A stretch of DNA of 64,000 nucleotides from Candidatus Omnitrophota bacterium (GCA_043817155.1 JBDRHE010000008.1:1554-65553); one strand, 5' to 3'. Shown: positions 37,501 to 51,587, counted from the first letter of the stretch. Program-made: numbers and translations. Notes: generated by a model from the sequence alone, not told the origin.

Positions 37501-39084
37501 TATACAACGCCCGGCGTAACACTTATATCGCCTCCGCCGCACCACGATATCTATTCGATCGAGGATCTTGCGCAGCTGATATTCGATCTAAAGAACGTGA
37601 ATCCGCGCGCCAGGATAAGTGTGAAACTGGTTTCTGAGATCGGGGTCGGCACTATTGCCGCAGGTGTGGCAAAAGGCCATGCCGACATGATACTTATTTC
37701 AGGTGGAGACGGGGGAACAGGGGCGTCTCCGCTCAGTTCAATAAAGCATGCGGGGGTGCCCTGGGAGCTCGGTCTCTCGGAGACTCACCAGACGCTCGTT
37801 TTGAATGATTTAAGAAGCAGGGTGCGGATCCAGACGGATGGCCAGATGCGAACAGGCAGGGATGTCGCCATCGCTGCTCTACTCGGCGCTGAAGAGTACG
37901 GTTTCTGTACCGCAGCGCTCATAGTTTCCGGATGTGTTATGCTCAGGCACTGCCATCTAAATAACTGTTCTCTTGGCATAGCGACGCAGGACGATATCCT
38001 GGAGAGGAGATTTCGCGGGAATCCTGACTACGTTGTAAACTTCTTCCGCTTTATAGCGCAGGATCTCAGGGAGATAATGGCGAGTCTTGGTTTAAGAGAT
38101 CTTGACTCCATGATAGGTAGAACGGATTTTCTGCAAGTCGACAGATCAATTATACCTGTCAGATCGAAAGGTATAGACTATTCGAAGATACTTTATAAAC
38201 CCGATGTGCCGAACTCATTCGGCACGCGCTATTTAGTTAGCCAGGATCATTCCATTGAGAAGATCCTGGATAGAAGGCTTATAGAGCTTTCGAAGGACGC
38301 GCTTCTTAAAGGCATTCCAGTAAAGATAGAGCTCGATATCAATAATACGAATAGAACTACAGGAGCTATGCTGAGCGGGGAGGTTTGCAGGCTTCACGGC
38401 GAAAGAGCGCTGGCTGAGGATACTATCCATTGCAAATTTACCGGTGTTGCCGGACAGAGTTTCGGTGCGTGGCTAGCCAGCGGAATAACTTTTGAGCTGG
38501 AAGGCATGGCCAACGATTATATCGGCAAAGGGATCTCCGGAGGAAAGATCATTGTTTATCCGGGTAAAACATCTACCTATAAACCTGAAGAGAACGCGAT
38601 AATAGGTAATACAACTTTTTATGGCGCTATAAGCGGAGAGGCGTATATAAGAGGCTTTGCCGGGGAGAGATTCTGTATAAGGAATTCCGGACTTAGCGCT
38701 GTTGTGGAAGGCGTCGGGGATCACGGCTGCGAATATATGACAGGCGGAAGGGTCGTAGTCTTAGGAAGAACGGGCAGGAACTTTGCTGCCGGCATGTCAG
38801 GCGGTATTGCGTACGTATATGACGCAGACTCGAATTTTAAATCCAGATGCAATACCGACATGATCGTTCTGGAGAAACTTTCTAAGGACGACATAGAGAC
38901 GGTATGCAATCTGCTTCGTAATCACTACAAATATACAGAAAGCCGGTATGCAAAGGAGATCTTGGATAACATGGATATGTATCTGAAGAAATTTATTAAA
39001 GTCATGCCCATAGAATATAAACGCATCCTTGAAGGGGCGAAGGTTGATGAGAAGCTGGGTGCGGGAGAATATACTGAAGGATGA
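34552..39084 (+). CDS. gltB: Glutamate synthase large subunit
   Basis: DSCGVG, HSRYSTNT, HNGEIN, EPWDGP, GAMSFGS, QGAKPGEGGQL, CxxxRxCHxxxC, GxGxG repeats. Confidence 0.97.
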   Translation: MIHSHLPKKQGLYDPRFEKDSCGVGFVCDIKGIKTNNIVKQGLKVLERLAHRGAVGADPKTGDGAGILIQIPHEFFSHACKEQSITLGPSGSYGTGLVFLPQDEKQRQICKDVFSKVVKDEGQKLLGWRTVPVDSSTVGKVARNTQPAIEQIFISKSDHIKSELDFERRLYIIRKRTENTLRDAKLKQGSFFYITNISCRTFSYKGLLMPHQLGEFFLDLKDERIKSSLCLVHSRYSTNTFPTWDLSQPFRFLAHNGEINTLHGNINWMRAREGLLKSRLFGKDIEKLKPVIVPGGSDSATIDNVFELLVLSGRSLEHAMTMLVPSAWGKYTLIDDNLKSFFRYHACFMEPWDGPAAIAFTDGTRIGAVLDRNGLRPARYIITKDGLVALASEVGVLDIKPEDIRTSGRLEPGKMLFIDTERGRVVDDKEIKESIATHAPYGKWNKKYMVELDKLSAPRIKKKKEMLGILAAQKAFGYTREDINVILKPMAVSGKEPIGSMGNDTPLAVLSKRPNLLYNYFKQLFAQVTNPAIDSIREDFVMSIRSFIGTQRNMLDETEEHCIKLDVKEPVLSDDDVAKIRSLKRKGFRAKTISMLYDVSGKRAFLKALDRICRDAETAVKKGFSFIILSDKGVNRKQAALPALLATGCLHHHLVRMAVRTQVGIIIESAEPREVFHFALLFGYGADCINPYLAYSTLGQLIKEKDLKLPLKAAVKNYRKAVRGGILKIMSKMGISTIRSYKGAQIFEALGLSEEVIERCFAGTNSRIDGIGFNIIAEETSARHLEAFADKEGGAEFLATGGLYQWKRDGEYHLWNPESIACLQDATRKNDYNAYKRFANMINDQSSNPTTLRSLLRFRKAEPIAINEVESVEYIVKRFATGAMSFGSISGSMHETLAIAMNRLGAKSNTGEGGEDPARFQPLPNGDSARSAIKQVASGRFGVTTNYLINADELQIKIAQGAKPGEGGQLPGHKVSAIIAKTRYTTPGVTLISPPPHHDIYSIEDLAQLIFDLKNVNPRARISVKLVSEIGVGTIAAGVAKGHADMILISGGDGGTGASPLSSIKHAGVPWELGLSETHQTLVLNDLRSRVRIQTDGQMRTGRDVAIAALLGAEEYGFCTAALIVSGCVMLRHCHLNNCSLGIATQDDILERRFRGNPDYVVNFFRFIAQDLREIMASLGLRDLDSMIGRTDFLQVDRSIIPVRSKGIDYSKILYKPDVPNSFGTRYLVSQDHSIEKILDRRLIELSKDALLKGIPVKIELDINNTNRTTGAMLSGEVCRLHGERALAEDTIHCKFTGVAGQSFGAWLASGITFELEGMANDYIGKGISGGKIIVYPGKTSTYKPEENAIIGNTTFYGAISGEAYIRGFAGERFCIRNSGLSAVVEGVGDHGCEYMTGGRVVVLGRTGRNFAAGMSGGIAYVYDADSNFKSRCNTDMIVLEKLSKDDIETVCNLLRNHYKYTESRYAKEILDNMDMYLKKFIKVMPIEYKRILEGAKVDEKLGAGEYTEG

Positions 39085-39094
39085 CACGTAAATC

Positions 39095-39440
39095 GAATCC
39101 GGCATATGCCCGTCTTCGTCCGCCGCCTACGGCGGCGCGGCTACGACGCGGCAAACTTCGCCTATAGCGGCCTACCGGGACGTAGCTCTGAAGGATTTAC
39201 TTTTAGTCGGCATTCTTCAGAGCGAAGTCTGGTGTGGGGGAGTATACGGAAGGCTAACTCGAATAGTACGTTACGATGGATGACGGACGAAGGACGACGG
39301 ACGATAGCGATTCCACTCCCGGCCTGGAATAAAGAGGTTTACCTAGACAGGCCGGGAGTGGAATCTGCTCAACTTACGACGGATGACGGATGATGGATGA
39401 TGGACGAAAGACGATTCGCCTTGTCTTTGCGAGGTACCGT
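39095..39440. repeat. Composite palindromic / tandem-repeat insert between gltB and gltD
   Basis: Perfect 18-bp IR at 39309-39326 / 39348-39365 flanked by heptamer tracts; further stem-loops at 39110-39232. Confidence 0.7.
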
Positions 39441-39484
39441 AGAGATGAGCTAGCATTGTTTCCCTGGCTGCTTGGAGTTAAGAG

Positions 39485-40963
39485 ATGAAAGACGTTAAAG
39501 CTTTCTTAAAGATTAAGAGAGAAGTTTCGCCATACAGGCCGGCCTGCGAGCGGATAGAGGATTATAAAGAGGTCATTGTCAGGCGCAGCGACAAGAAATC
39601 ACAGGAACAGGCCCATCGTTGCATGGATTGCGGTGTACCATTTTGTCACTGGGGATGCCAGGTTGCAAATATCATCCCGGAGTGGAATACACTAATGTTC
39701 CTGGGGCAGTGGAAGAAGGCGTTTGAGCTTCTGGATACTACAAATGATCTTCCCGAGATAACCGGAAGGGTCTGTCCGGCCAGGTGTGAATATGCATGCG
39801 TTTTAGGAATTAACGATGACGCGGTTACAATACGCGACAATGAACTCGCCATCATAGAACACGCTTTCAAGAAAGGTTTTATAAAACCGAGATCTCCAAA
39901 GAGGAGAACCGGTAAGAGTGTAGCGGTTGTCGGATCCGGACCTGCGGGACTATCATGCGCGGCTACGCTTAACAGATCAGGGCATAATGTGGTTGTCTTC
40001 GAAAAGCATGACGCTCTCGGAGGCATAATGCGATATGGAATACCGGATTTCAAGCTTGAAAAATGGATTATAGAAAGGCGCATTGCGCTTTGGAAGAAAG
40101 AAGGCATTAAGTTTAAAACAGGAGTAAACGTCGGTATCGATTATAAGCCATCAGAGATTAAGAAAGATTTTGACGCGATCTGTCTTGCCGTGGGATCAAG
40201 AAAGCCAAGGGATCTTAAAATAGAAGGAAGAGATCTCAAAGGCATACATTTTGCAATGGATTATCTTATACAGGCAAATAAACGCGTTTCGGGAGACAGG
40301 ATACCGAAGGATATGCTAATTGATGCTAAAGATAAGAAGGTAGTGGTTATAGGCGGCGGCGATACAGGCGCAGATTGCGTAGGGGTAGCACACAGACAGA
40401 AAGCATCGTGCATTATTCAGATAGAGGTACTGCCTAAACCACCTGAATGTAGAACCGACGACTACCCATGGCCAGAGCATCCGTTACTACTTAAGTCATC
40501 ATCGAGCCATGAAGAAGGGGCAGAGAGGCATTGGCAGGTACTGACCAAGGGGCTTATAGGAGAAAGCGGCAAGGTGAAGAAACTTGTATGCGTAAATGTC
40601 GAGTTTACCAAAAACGGCAAAGATGCTTGTCCTGTAATGAAGGAGATCCCGGGAAGCGAATTCGAGATAGAGGCGGATCTTGTTATTCTCGCAATAGGAT
40701 TTTTGCACCCGGAGCATATCGGCCTGCTTGACAAACTTGGGCTGGCTTATGACAGTAGGGGCAATGTTAAGACGGGTGATTATCACATGTCCTCCAAAAA
40801 GGGGATATTCGCCGCAGGCGATATGCGCAGGGGCCAGTCTCTAATTGTCTGGGCTATCCAGGAAGGGCGCTCCGCCGCCTCTTCGATCGATGAATATCTG
40901 ACAAGGCCTCCTAATACCGCTCACCCAACCTATCGTCCACAAGACCGCACTAGTAGAAAGTAG
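39485..40963 (+). CDS. gltD: Glutamate synthase small subunit
   Basis: RCMDCGVPFC...C, GRVCP..CE..C, GSGPAG, GGGDTGADC, GDMRRGQSLIVWAI.EGR. Confidence 0.96.
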   Translation: MKDVKAFLKIKREVSPYRPACERIEDYKEVIVRRSDKKSQEQAHRCMDCGVPFCHWGCQVANIIPEWNTLMFLGQWKKAFELLDTTNDLPEITGRVCPARCEYACVLGINDDAVTIRDNELAIIEHAFKKGFIKPRSPKRRTGKSVAVVGSGPAGLSCAATLNRSGHNVVVFEKHDALGGIMRYGIPDFKLEKWIIERRIALWKKEGIKFKTGVNVGIDYKPSEIKKDFDAICLAVGSRKPRDLKIEGRDLKGIHFAMDYLIQANKRVSGDRIPKDMLIDAKDKKVVVIGGGDTGADCVGVAHRQKASCIIQIEVLPKPPECRTDDYPWPEHPLLLKSSSSHEEGAERHWQVLTKGLIGESGKVKKLVCVNVEFTKNGKDACPVMKEIPGSEFEIEADLVILAIGFLHPEHIGLLDKLGLAYDSRGNVKTGDYHMSSKKGIFAAGDMRRGQSLIVWAIQEGRSAASSIDEYLTRPPNTAHPTYRPQDRTSRK

Positions 40964-41322
40964 AATAACAGAATTCCTTCCCCAGAAAATGTTTACTCGA
41001 GAATACCTTACCATGTTAAAGACAAGGGGGGCGTTCTTCAGGCTCTGCATAAAATATTATGCCAAGATTCTCTCTTCTTGCCTCTTTATAAGGTGATCGT
41101 CGGTTTAAAGGAAATGCCGTAAGCCAAGATATACGCATACTTGGAATACCGACTCTCACCTTGTAAAGAGACAAAGAGAGAATATTCGCCTGAATGAATG
41201 CTCCCCTTGTCTTTCATACAACTTAAAATGGGGTCACTTTGAATTCTCTTCTTCTTTGTAGTCCAGAAGACCTTGCCAGAGCTGCAGGTCATTCTATTGA
41301 TGTCCCGTTACATAAATCCCCA

Positions 41323-41501
41323 GCTACAGATGCCGTAATGGAGGCGAATTTAAAATTTCTCCCATTCATGCCTTTCGAGCGTGGTTTTAGGGCTTACGGT
41401 GAGCAAATTACGCATGTCTTGGCTTACGACAGAAGATTTGCGAGCCGTAAGTTCAAAACCACGGGAGAAATTTTATGAGCCGGAATTATGGCATTTGTAG
41501 C
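41323..41501. repeat. Long imperfect palindrome (MITE- or ncRNA-like)
   Basis: Nested IR pairs GCTACAGATGCCGTAAT/ATTATGGCATTTGTAGC, TAAAATTTCTCCC/GGGAGAAATTTTA, GGTTTT..CTTACGG/CCGTAAG..AAAACC. Confidence 0.75.
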
Positions 41502-41620
41502 AGGTATACGGATGTGTAATGAAACCCTTCAAATATGATAATGGCTATTGGAAAAGACTTGACTAAGCGAGGCAAATATAAGATAATACCACTCGGGCGA
41601 TAAAGAGTGAAAAGCGAGAC

Positions 41621-41665
41621 AAAACAAAGGCGTTTTATCCGAATATGGGTGAAACGTCTCTTTTT
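41621..41665 (+). promoter_or_regulatory. ANTAR-type hairpin overlapping a terminator in the carA leader
   Basis: AAAAC-AAAGGC-GTTTT overlaps AGGCGTTTTATCC/GGGTGAAACGTCT-CTTTTT; TTGACT(41559)-17-GATAAT lies upstream. Confidence 0.72.
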
Positions 41666-41670
41666 ATTAT

Positions 41671-41811
41671 AGGGACTGTCCCTATCTCATATACGAACAC
41701 TGAAATTACAGACTTTCGTAAGTAGCAAGTAGGGAGTAGCAAGTAGCGAGAAAGATTCTCTCTACTCTCTACTTGCTACTCGCTACTTAGCAAGGGATTG
41801 TCCCTATCTCA
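41671..41811. repeat. 7-nt tandem-repeat hairpin bracketed by 19-bp direct repeats
   Basis: AGGGA(C/T)TGTCCCTATCTCA at 41671 and 41793; AGTAGCA AGTAGGG AGTAGCA AGTAGCG / CTCTCTA CTCTCTA CTTGCTA CTCGCTA. Confidence 0.8.
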
Positions 41812-41825
41812 CATTAACTGATAAT

Positions 41826-42917
41826 ATGAAGCAAAAAGAAGCACTGCTTGTACTTGAAGACGGGAGGATCTTTAGGGGCTTTTCATTCGGAGCTACCGGG
41901 GAGACTTTCGGAGAAGTAGTCTTTAATACCAGTATGTCAGGCTACCAGGAGATCCTCACAGACCCCTCCTATAGGGGTCAGATAGTCACCATGACCTACC
42001 CTCTTATCGGTAATTACGGTGTCAATTCAGAGGATGTTGAGTCGCGAAGACCATTCGTAGAGGGTTTCGTTGTAAAGGAGAATAGCCCGGTAGCGAGCAA
42101 TTGGCGCAAGGAAGAAGATCTCGATACATATCTTAAGAAGAACAACATTCTCGCGATAGAGGGCGTGGACACCAGGGCCCTGACCAGGCATATCAGGCTC
42201 GAGGGCGCGATGAAAGCTGTGATATCGACGGTAGATCTAAACCCGAAAAGTCTGGCTAAAAAGGCCAAAGCATCCCCTGGTTTAATGGGGAAGGATCTGG
42301 TCAAGGATGTGACATTCAGCACTCTAAGGGAGTGGAGCAGTAAAGGTAAGCATAGAGTCGTAGTTATAGATTGCGGCGTAAAATATAATATATTACGCGA
42401 ATTAACACACCTAAAATGCGCTGTAACAGTAGTCCCCGCCAACACGGGAGCAGAAAGCATCCTGGCACTGAAACCGGACGGCGTATTGATTTCTAACGGA
42501 CCGGGAGATCCCGCAGGCGTTCCTTACGTAGTCGATACTGTAAGGATGCTTCTCGGGAAGGTGCCTATATTCGGTATCTGCCTGGGGCATCAGATGCTGG
42601 GGCTCGCACTTGGCGGGAAGACCTACAAACTTAAGTTCGGACATCACGGGGGAAACCAGCCTGTCAAAGATCTAAAAACGGGAAAGGTTGCAATTACGGC
42701 CCAGAACCACGGGTTCTGCGTAGATATAAGGTCCCTTAAGAAGAAGGACATAGAGATCACACATAAGAATCTTAATGACGATACTCTGGAAGGTATGCGC
42801 CATAAGAAGCAACCGGCGTTCTCGGTACAATTCCACCCCGAACACTCGCCCGGACCCCATGACGCGGTGTATCTGTTCGGAGAATTCATAGATATGATGA
42901 AGAAAAACCAAAAATGA
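41826..42917 (+). CDS. carA: Carbamoyl-phosphate synthase small subunit
   Basis: GEVVFNT, TDPSY, SNGPGDP, GICLGHQ, QFHPE. Confidence 0.97.
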   Translation: MKQKEALLVLEDGRIFRGFSFGATGETFGEVVFNTSMSGYQEILTDPSYRGQIVTMTYPLIGNYGVNSEDVESRRPFVEGFVVKENSPVASNWRKEEDLDTYLKKNNILAIEGVDTRALTRHIRLEGAMKAVISTVDLNPKSLAKKAKASPGLMGKDLVKDVTFSTLREWSSKGKHRVVVIDCGVKYNILRELTHLKCAVTVVPANTGAESILALKPDGVLISNGPGDPAGVPYVVDTVRMLLGKVPIFGICLGHQMLGLALGGKTYKLKFGHHGGNQPVKDLKTGKVAITAQNHGFCVDIRSLKKKDIEITHKNLNDDTLEGMRHKKQPAFSVQFHPEHSPGPHDAVYLFGEFIDMMKKNQK

Positions 42918-43106
42918 AAAACCAAATACCAAAAACACAAACCAAAAATAGAAAAATATTTGCAAACTTAATTATTCAAATTTGCAATTAAAGTTTTTTC
43001 GTTTTTAATATGTGTTTTTGATTTTTAGTTTTTCCCGCCGTGCTTGCGCATTGCGGGATCCCGCCATACCTGCCTGCCGGCAGGCAGGCGTAAGTAACGG
43101 CGGGAT
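42913..43106. repeat. A-rich/T-rich degenerate heptamer hairpin plus a TCCCGCC palindrome with an insert
   Basis: A-rich arm 42913-42956, T-rich arm about 42994-43033; then TCCCGCC..GGCGGGA containing CCTGCCTGCCGGCAGGCAGG. Confidence 0.7.
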
Positions 43107-43126
43107 AATCTTTAATTTTTTATAAG

Positions 43127-47954
<4,828 letters not shown>

Positions 47955-48000
47955 CTCCCGTTACCATATCCATTGAATATATACTCCAGGATGAAGGGCA

Positions 48001-48147
48001 AATTCCGTCCCGGGCTTGATTTAAGAGGTTGTCCTGTAAGCAGCAGAAGCTTGATAAGCTTCTGCTGATAGAAAGCCCGGGACGGAATTATATGTATGTA
48101 GGATGTCGGCATTCAAGCCCCGGGCTTCTAAGCCCGGGGCTTGAATG
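48001..48147. repeat. Nested perfect inverted repeats (IS200/IS605-end-like hairpins)
   Basis: 17-bp IR at 48001-48017 / 48073-48089, inner 12-bp IR at 48041-48067, 18-bp IR at 48110-48147. Confidence 0.75.
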
Positions 48148-48284
48148 GTATTTATACATGATCGCGTCATAGGGATGGCCCCATTTTTAGACCTTATCCG
48201 TTGAAAATATAGCCCTGGTATGTTATAATGTCGAAAATCTCAAGGGTGGGATTTAATCAAGCAGAGAAAAGTTACGGAGGTAGC

Positions 48285-51200
48285 ATGCCAAAGAGGACGG
48301 ATATCCACAAGGTTCTTATCATCGGTTCGGGACCAATCATTATAGGGCAAGCCTGTGAGTTCGATTATTCCGGCACACAAGCATGTAAAGCATTAAAGGA
48401 AGAAGGTTACGAGGTCGTTCTTGTGAACTCAAACCCCGCTACAATAATGACCGATCCGGGTATGGCTCACAAGACTTATATTGAGCCGCTTACATTAGAG
48501 AGCGTTGAGAAGATCATTGAAAAGGAGAGACCGGATGCCCTCCTTCCTAATCTGGGAGGTCAGACAGGCCTTAATCTCTCTTCCGGTCTTCATAAGGCCG
48601 GTATTCTGAAGAAATATAATGTTGAGATCATAGGCGTTAAAGCAGATGCTATTGAGCGCGGTGAAGACAGGACCGCGTTTAAAAATACAATGAAGAAGCT
48701 CGGTATAGAGATGCCGAGATCGAAGGCATGCAATTCTGTCGAAGAGGCCGAAAAGATAATAGAAGAGATCGGCTACCCCGCGGTTCTGAGACCCGCATAT
48801 ACTATGGGAGGAACGGGTGGGGGAATAGCGTACAATATAGACGAGCTAAGAACGATCGTATCGAGAGGTCTCAATTGCAGTATTGCGCACCAGGTTCTTG
48901 TTGAAGAATCCGTAATAGGCTGGGAAGAGCTTGAGCTCGAGGTTGTAAGGGACCAGAAGAATAAGAAGATAACAGTCTGCTTTATAGAGAATATCGATGC
49001 TATGGGTGTTCACACCGGGGACAGCTTCTGTTCAGCGCCCATGCTGACCGTTCCAAAGCCGCTCCAAAAGAAGATGCAGGACCTCTCTTACAAGATCGTT
49101 GACGCGATAGGTGTTGTGGGAGGCACAAATATCCAATTTGCCCACAATCCCAAGGATGGAAGACTCGTTGTGATAGAGATCAATCCTAGAACATCCCGGT
49201 CTTCTGCGCTCGCATCCAAGGCAACGGGCTTTCCGATAGCCCGCATCTCGACTAAGCTTGCCGCAGGCATTAACATGGATGAGATACCTTACTGGCGTAA
49301 GGGGACATTGGATAAGTATGAACCCTGGGGAGAGTATGTAGTAATTAAATTCGCGCGCTGGGCATTTGAGAAATTCCCGCGCGCTACGGATGTGCTGGGA
49401 ACGCAGATGAAGGCCGTGGGTGAAGTAATGAGCATCGCCAAGACATTTAAGGAGGCGTTCCAGAAGTCTATCCGTTCCCTTGAAATCAAGAGATATGGTC
49501 TTGGAGGAGCCAAGAACTTCAAAGAGCTTTCCCTGGGCGGGTTAAAAGAGAAATTGGCAAATCCGTCAAGCGAACGCGTCTTTCTTATGTACGAAGCGCT
49601 GCGTAAGGGCATGGAGATAGAAGAGCTTCATAAGTTAACCCATATCGGACGGTGGTTTATAAATGAGATGAAGGAGCTTGTCTATTTTGAAGAGGAGATC
49701 CTTAAATCTTCATGGAAAGATCTCCCGGATGAAAAACTTGCTAAAGCAAAGGAATGGGGATTCTCCGATAAATATCTGTCCGGTTTATTTGACATAAAAG
49801 AGAAAGAGGTAAGGGAGAGGAGGCTTTCGATAGGAAAGAAGGCAGCCTACGAACCGGTTCCCGTAAGCGGCGTGGAGAACGCGGCTTATTACTATTCCAC
49901 CTACAACAATGCCGAAGATAAGGTTCCGGTTTCACCCAACAAGAAGATACTGATACTTGGGGGCGGGCCAAACAGGATAGGGCAGGGTATCGAATTTGAC
50001 TATACCTGTGTTCACGCCGCGTTTGCCTTGCGTGAAGAAGGGTATGAATCTGTCATGATAAACTGCAATCCCGAGACCGTATCTACTGATTACGATACTT
50101 CAAATAAGCTATACTTTGAGCCTCTTACAGTAGAAGATGTGCTTGCTGTATACGAGAAGGAGAAGCCGGATGGCGCTATTGTCCAGTTCGGAGGGCAGAC
50201 CCCGCTCAATTTAGCGCAGGAACTTAAGGATAATGGAGTTAAGATTATCGGGACAACCCCGGAGAGTATCAGACTAGCCGAAGACAGGGAGCGTTTCAGG
50301 GAGAAGATGATAGCGCTTGGCATACCGCAACCGGAAAGCGGTACAGCCAGGTCGCTTGAAGAGGCGCTCAAGATCGCTGAAAGGATCGGTTATCCTCTTA
50401 TGGTGCGGCCTTCCTTTGTTCTCGGCGGACGCGGAATGCAGGTTGTCTATGATGACCAGATGCTGCGAAAATACACCCAAGAAGCGATCGAGATAACACC
50501 CGAATACCCGATGCTGATCGATAAATTCCTTGAACAGGCGGTCGAGACAGAGGTCGATGCGTTATCAGACGGTAAAGAGACTTTCGTTGCCGCTATAATG
50601 GAACACATTGAACTTGCCGGTGTACATTCAGGGGACAGCGCGTGCGCAATACCTACAAGAACAATTAAGGAAAAGCATCTAAAGACAATAAGGAGATATA
50701 CAGAAGACATTGCAAGAGAATTTAAAGTAGTCGGGCTCATGAACATACAGTTTGCTATATGTGATGACAAAGTATATATCCTGGAGGCCAATCCAAGGGC
50801 GTCGCGTACGGTTCCACTTATCTCGAAGATCGTTTGCATCCCGCTTGCGCGGATAGCGACACAGGTGATAATGGGCAGACCTCTCTCCGATTTCCCGGAA
50901 CTTAAGACGCATAAGTTGCCATATGTGGGCGTTAAAGAGGCGGTCTTTCCGTTCAATATGTTTCCGGAGGTCGATCCGCTTCTGGGTCCTGAAATGAAGG
51001 CAACAGGAGAGGTCATGGGGATCGGGAAGACTTTTGGCATGGCCTTTTACAAGGCGGAAGAGGCAGCAGGTACAAAGCTTCCCCTGGAAGGGAATGTCTT
51101 GCTTACCGTCGCCGACAAGGACAAGAAATTTTTACTTCCGATCGCCAAACGCCTGAAGAAGCTTAACTTCAATATAATTGCAACAGAGGGTACGAACCGT

Positions 51201-51533
51201 TTTTTAAAGGAGAATGGCATAGAGAGCAGAGCGGTAAAGAAACTACACGAGGGAAGGCCGAACATCCACGATGCGATAAGCAACAAAGAGATAAACCTGA
51301 TAATAAACACGCCCTTAGGGCGCAGCTCAAAGTATGATGACAGCCACATCCGCATAAAAGCGATACAGCATAATATTCCTTATATCACTTCGATGACAGC
51401 GGCTGAAGCCAGCGTCGAAGGTATTGAATCTGTGACCAAAGCCAAAGGAGGCCCCAGGTCTTTGCAGGATTATTATAAGGATCTAAAGACCGATAAAGCG
51501 CCTGAAAAGACGCCCGTTGCCAGCAAGGCTTAG
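48285..51533 (+). CDS. carB: Carbamoyl-phosphate synthase large subunit (copy 2, divergent paralog)
   Basis: MPKRTDI after a GGAGG RBS; [22 protein letters not shown] domain. Confidence 0.96.
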   Translation: MPKRTDIHKVLIIGSGPIIIGQACEFDYSGTQACKALKEEGYEVVLVNSNPATIMTDPGMAHKTYIEPLTLESVEKIIEKERPDALLPNLGGQTGLNLSSGLHKAGILKKYNVEIIGVKADAIERGEDRTAFKNTMKKLGIEMPRSKACNSVEEAEKIIEEIGYPAVLRPAYTMGGTGGGIAYNIDELRTIVSRGLNCSIAHQVLVEESVIGWEELELEVVRDQKNKKITVCFIENIDAMGVHTGDSFCSAPMLTVPKPLQKKMQDLSYKIVDAIGVVGGTNIQFAHNPKDGRLVVIEINPRTSRSSALASKATGFPIARISTKLAAGINMDEIPYWRKGTLDKYEPWGEYVVIKFARWAFEKFPRATDVLGTQMKAVGEVMSIAKTFKEAFQKSIRSLEIKRYGLGGAKNFKELSLGGLKEKLANPSSERVFLMYEALRKGMEIEELHKLTHIGRWFINEMKELVYFEEEILKSSWKDLPDEKLAKAKEWGFSDKYLSGLFDIKEKEVRERRLSIGKKAAYEPVPVSGVENAAYYYSTYNNAEDKVPVSPNKKILILGGGPNRIGQGIEFDYTCVHAAFALREEGYESVMINCNPETVSTDYDTSNKLYFEPLTVEDVLAVYEKEKPDGAIVQFGGQTPLNLAQELKDNGVKIIGTTPESIRLAEDRERFREKMIALGIPQPESGTARSLEEALKIAERIGYPLMVRPSFVLGGRGMQVVYDDQMLRKYTQEAIEITPEYPMLIDKFLEQAVETEVDALSDGKETFVAAIMEHIELAGVHSGDSACAIPTRTIKEKHLKTIRRYTEDIAREFKVVGLMNIQFAICDDKVYILEANPRASRTVPLISKIVCIPLARIATQVIMGRPLSDFPELKTHKLPYVGVKEAVFPFNMFPEVDPLLGPEMKATGEVMGIGKTFGMAFYKAEEAAGTKLPLEGNVLLTVADKDKKFLLPIAKRLKKLNFNIIATEGTNRFLKENGIESRAVKKLHEGRPNIHDAISNKEINLIINTPLGRSSKYDDSHIRIKAIQHNIPYITSMTAAEASVEGIESVTKAKGGPRSLQDYYKDLKTDKAPEKTPVASKA

Positions 51534-51541
51534 AGAGGCTT

Positions 51542-51587
51542 AATCCGCCCGCAGGATTCCCCGGACTTTAGTCCGGGGGGCTCCACT
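51542..51587 (+). repeat. About 46-bp hairpin element, inverted copy at 61889-61933
   Basis: AATCCGCCCGCAGGATTCCCCGGACTTTAGTCCGGGGG..CCACT. Confidence 0.85.
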
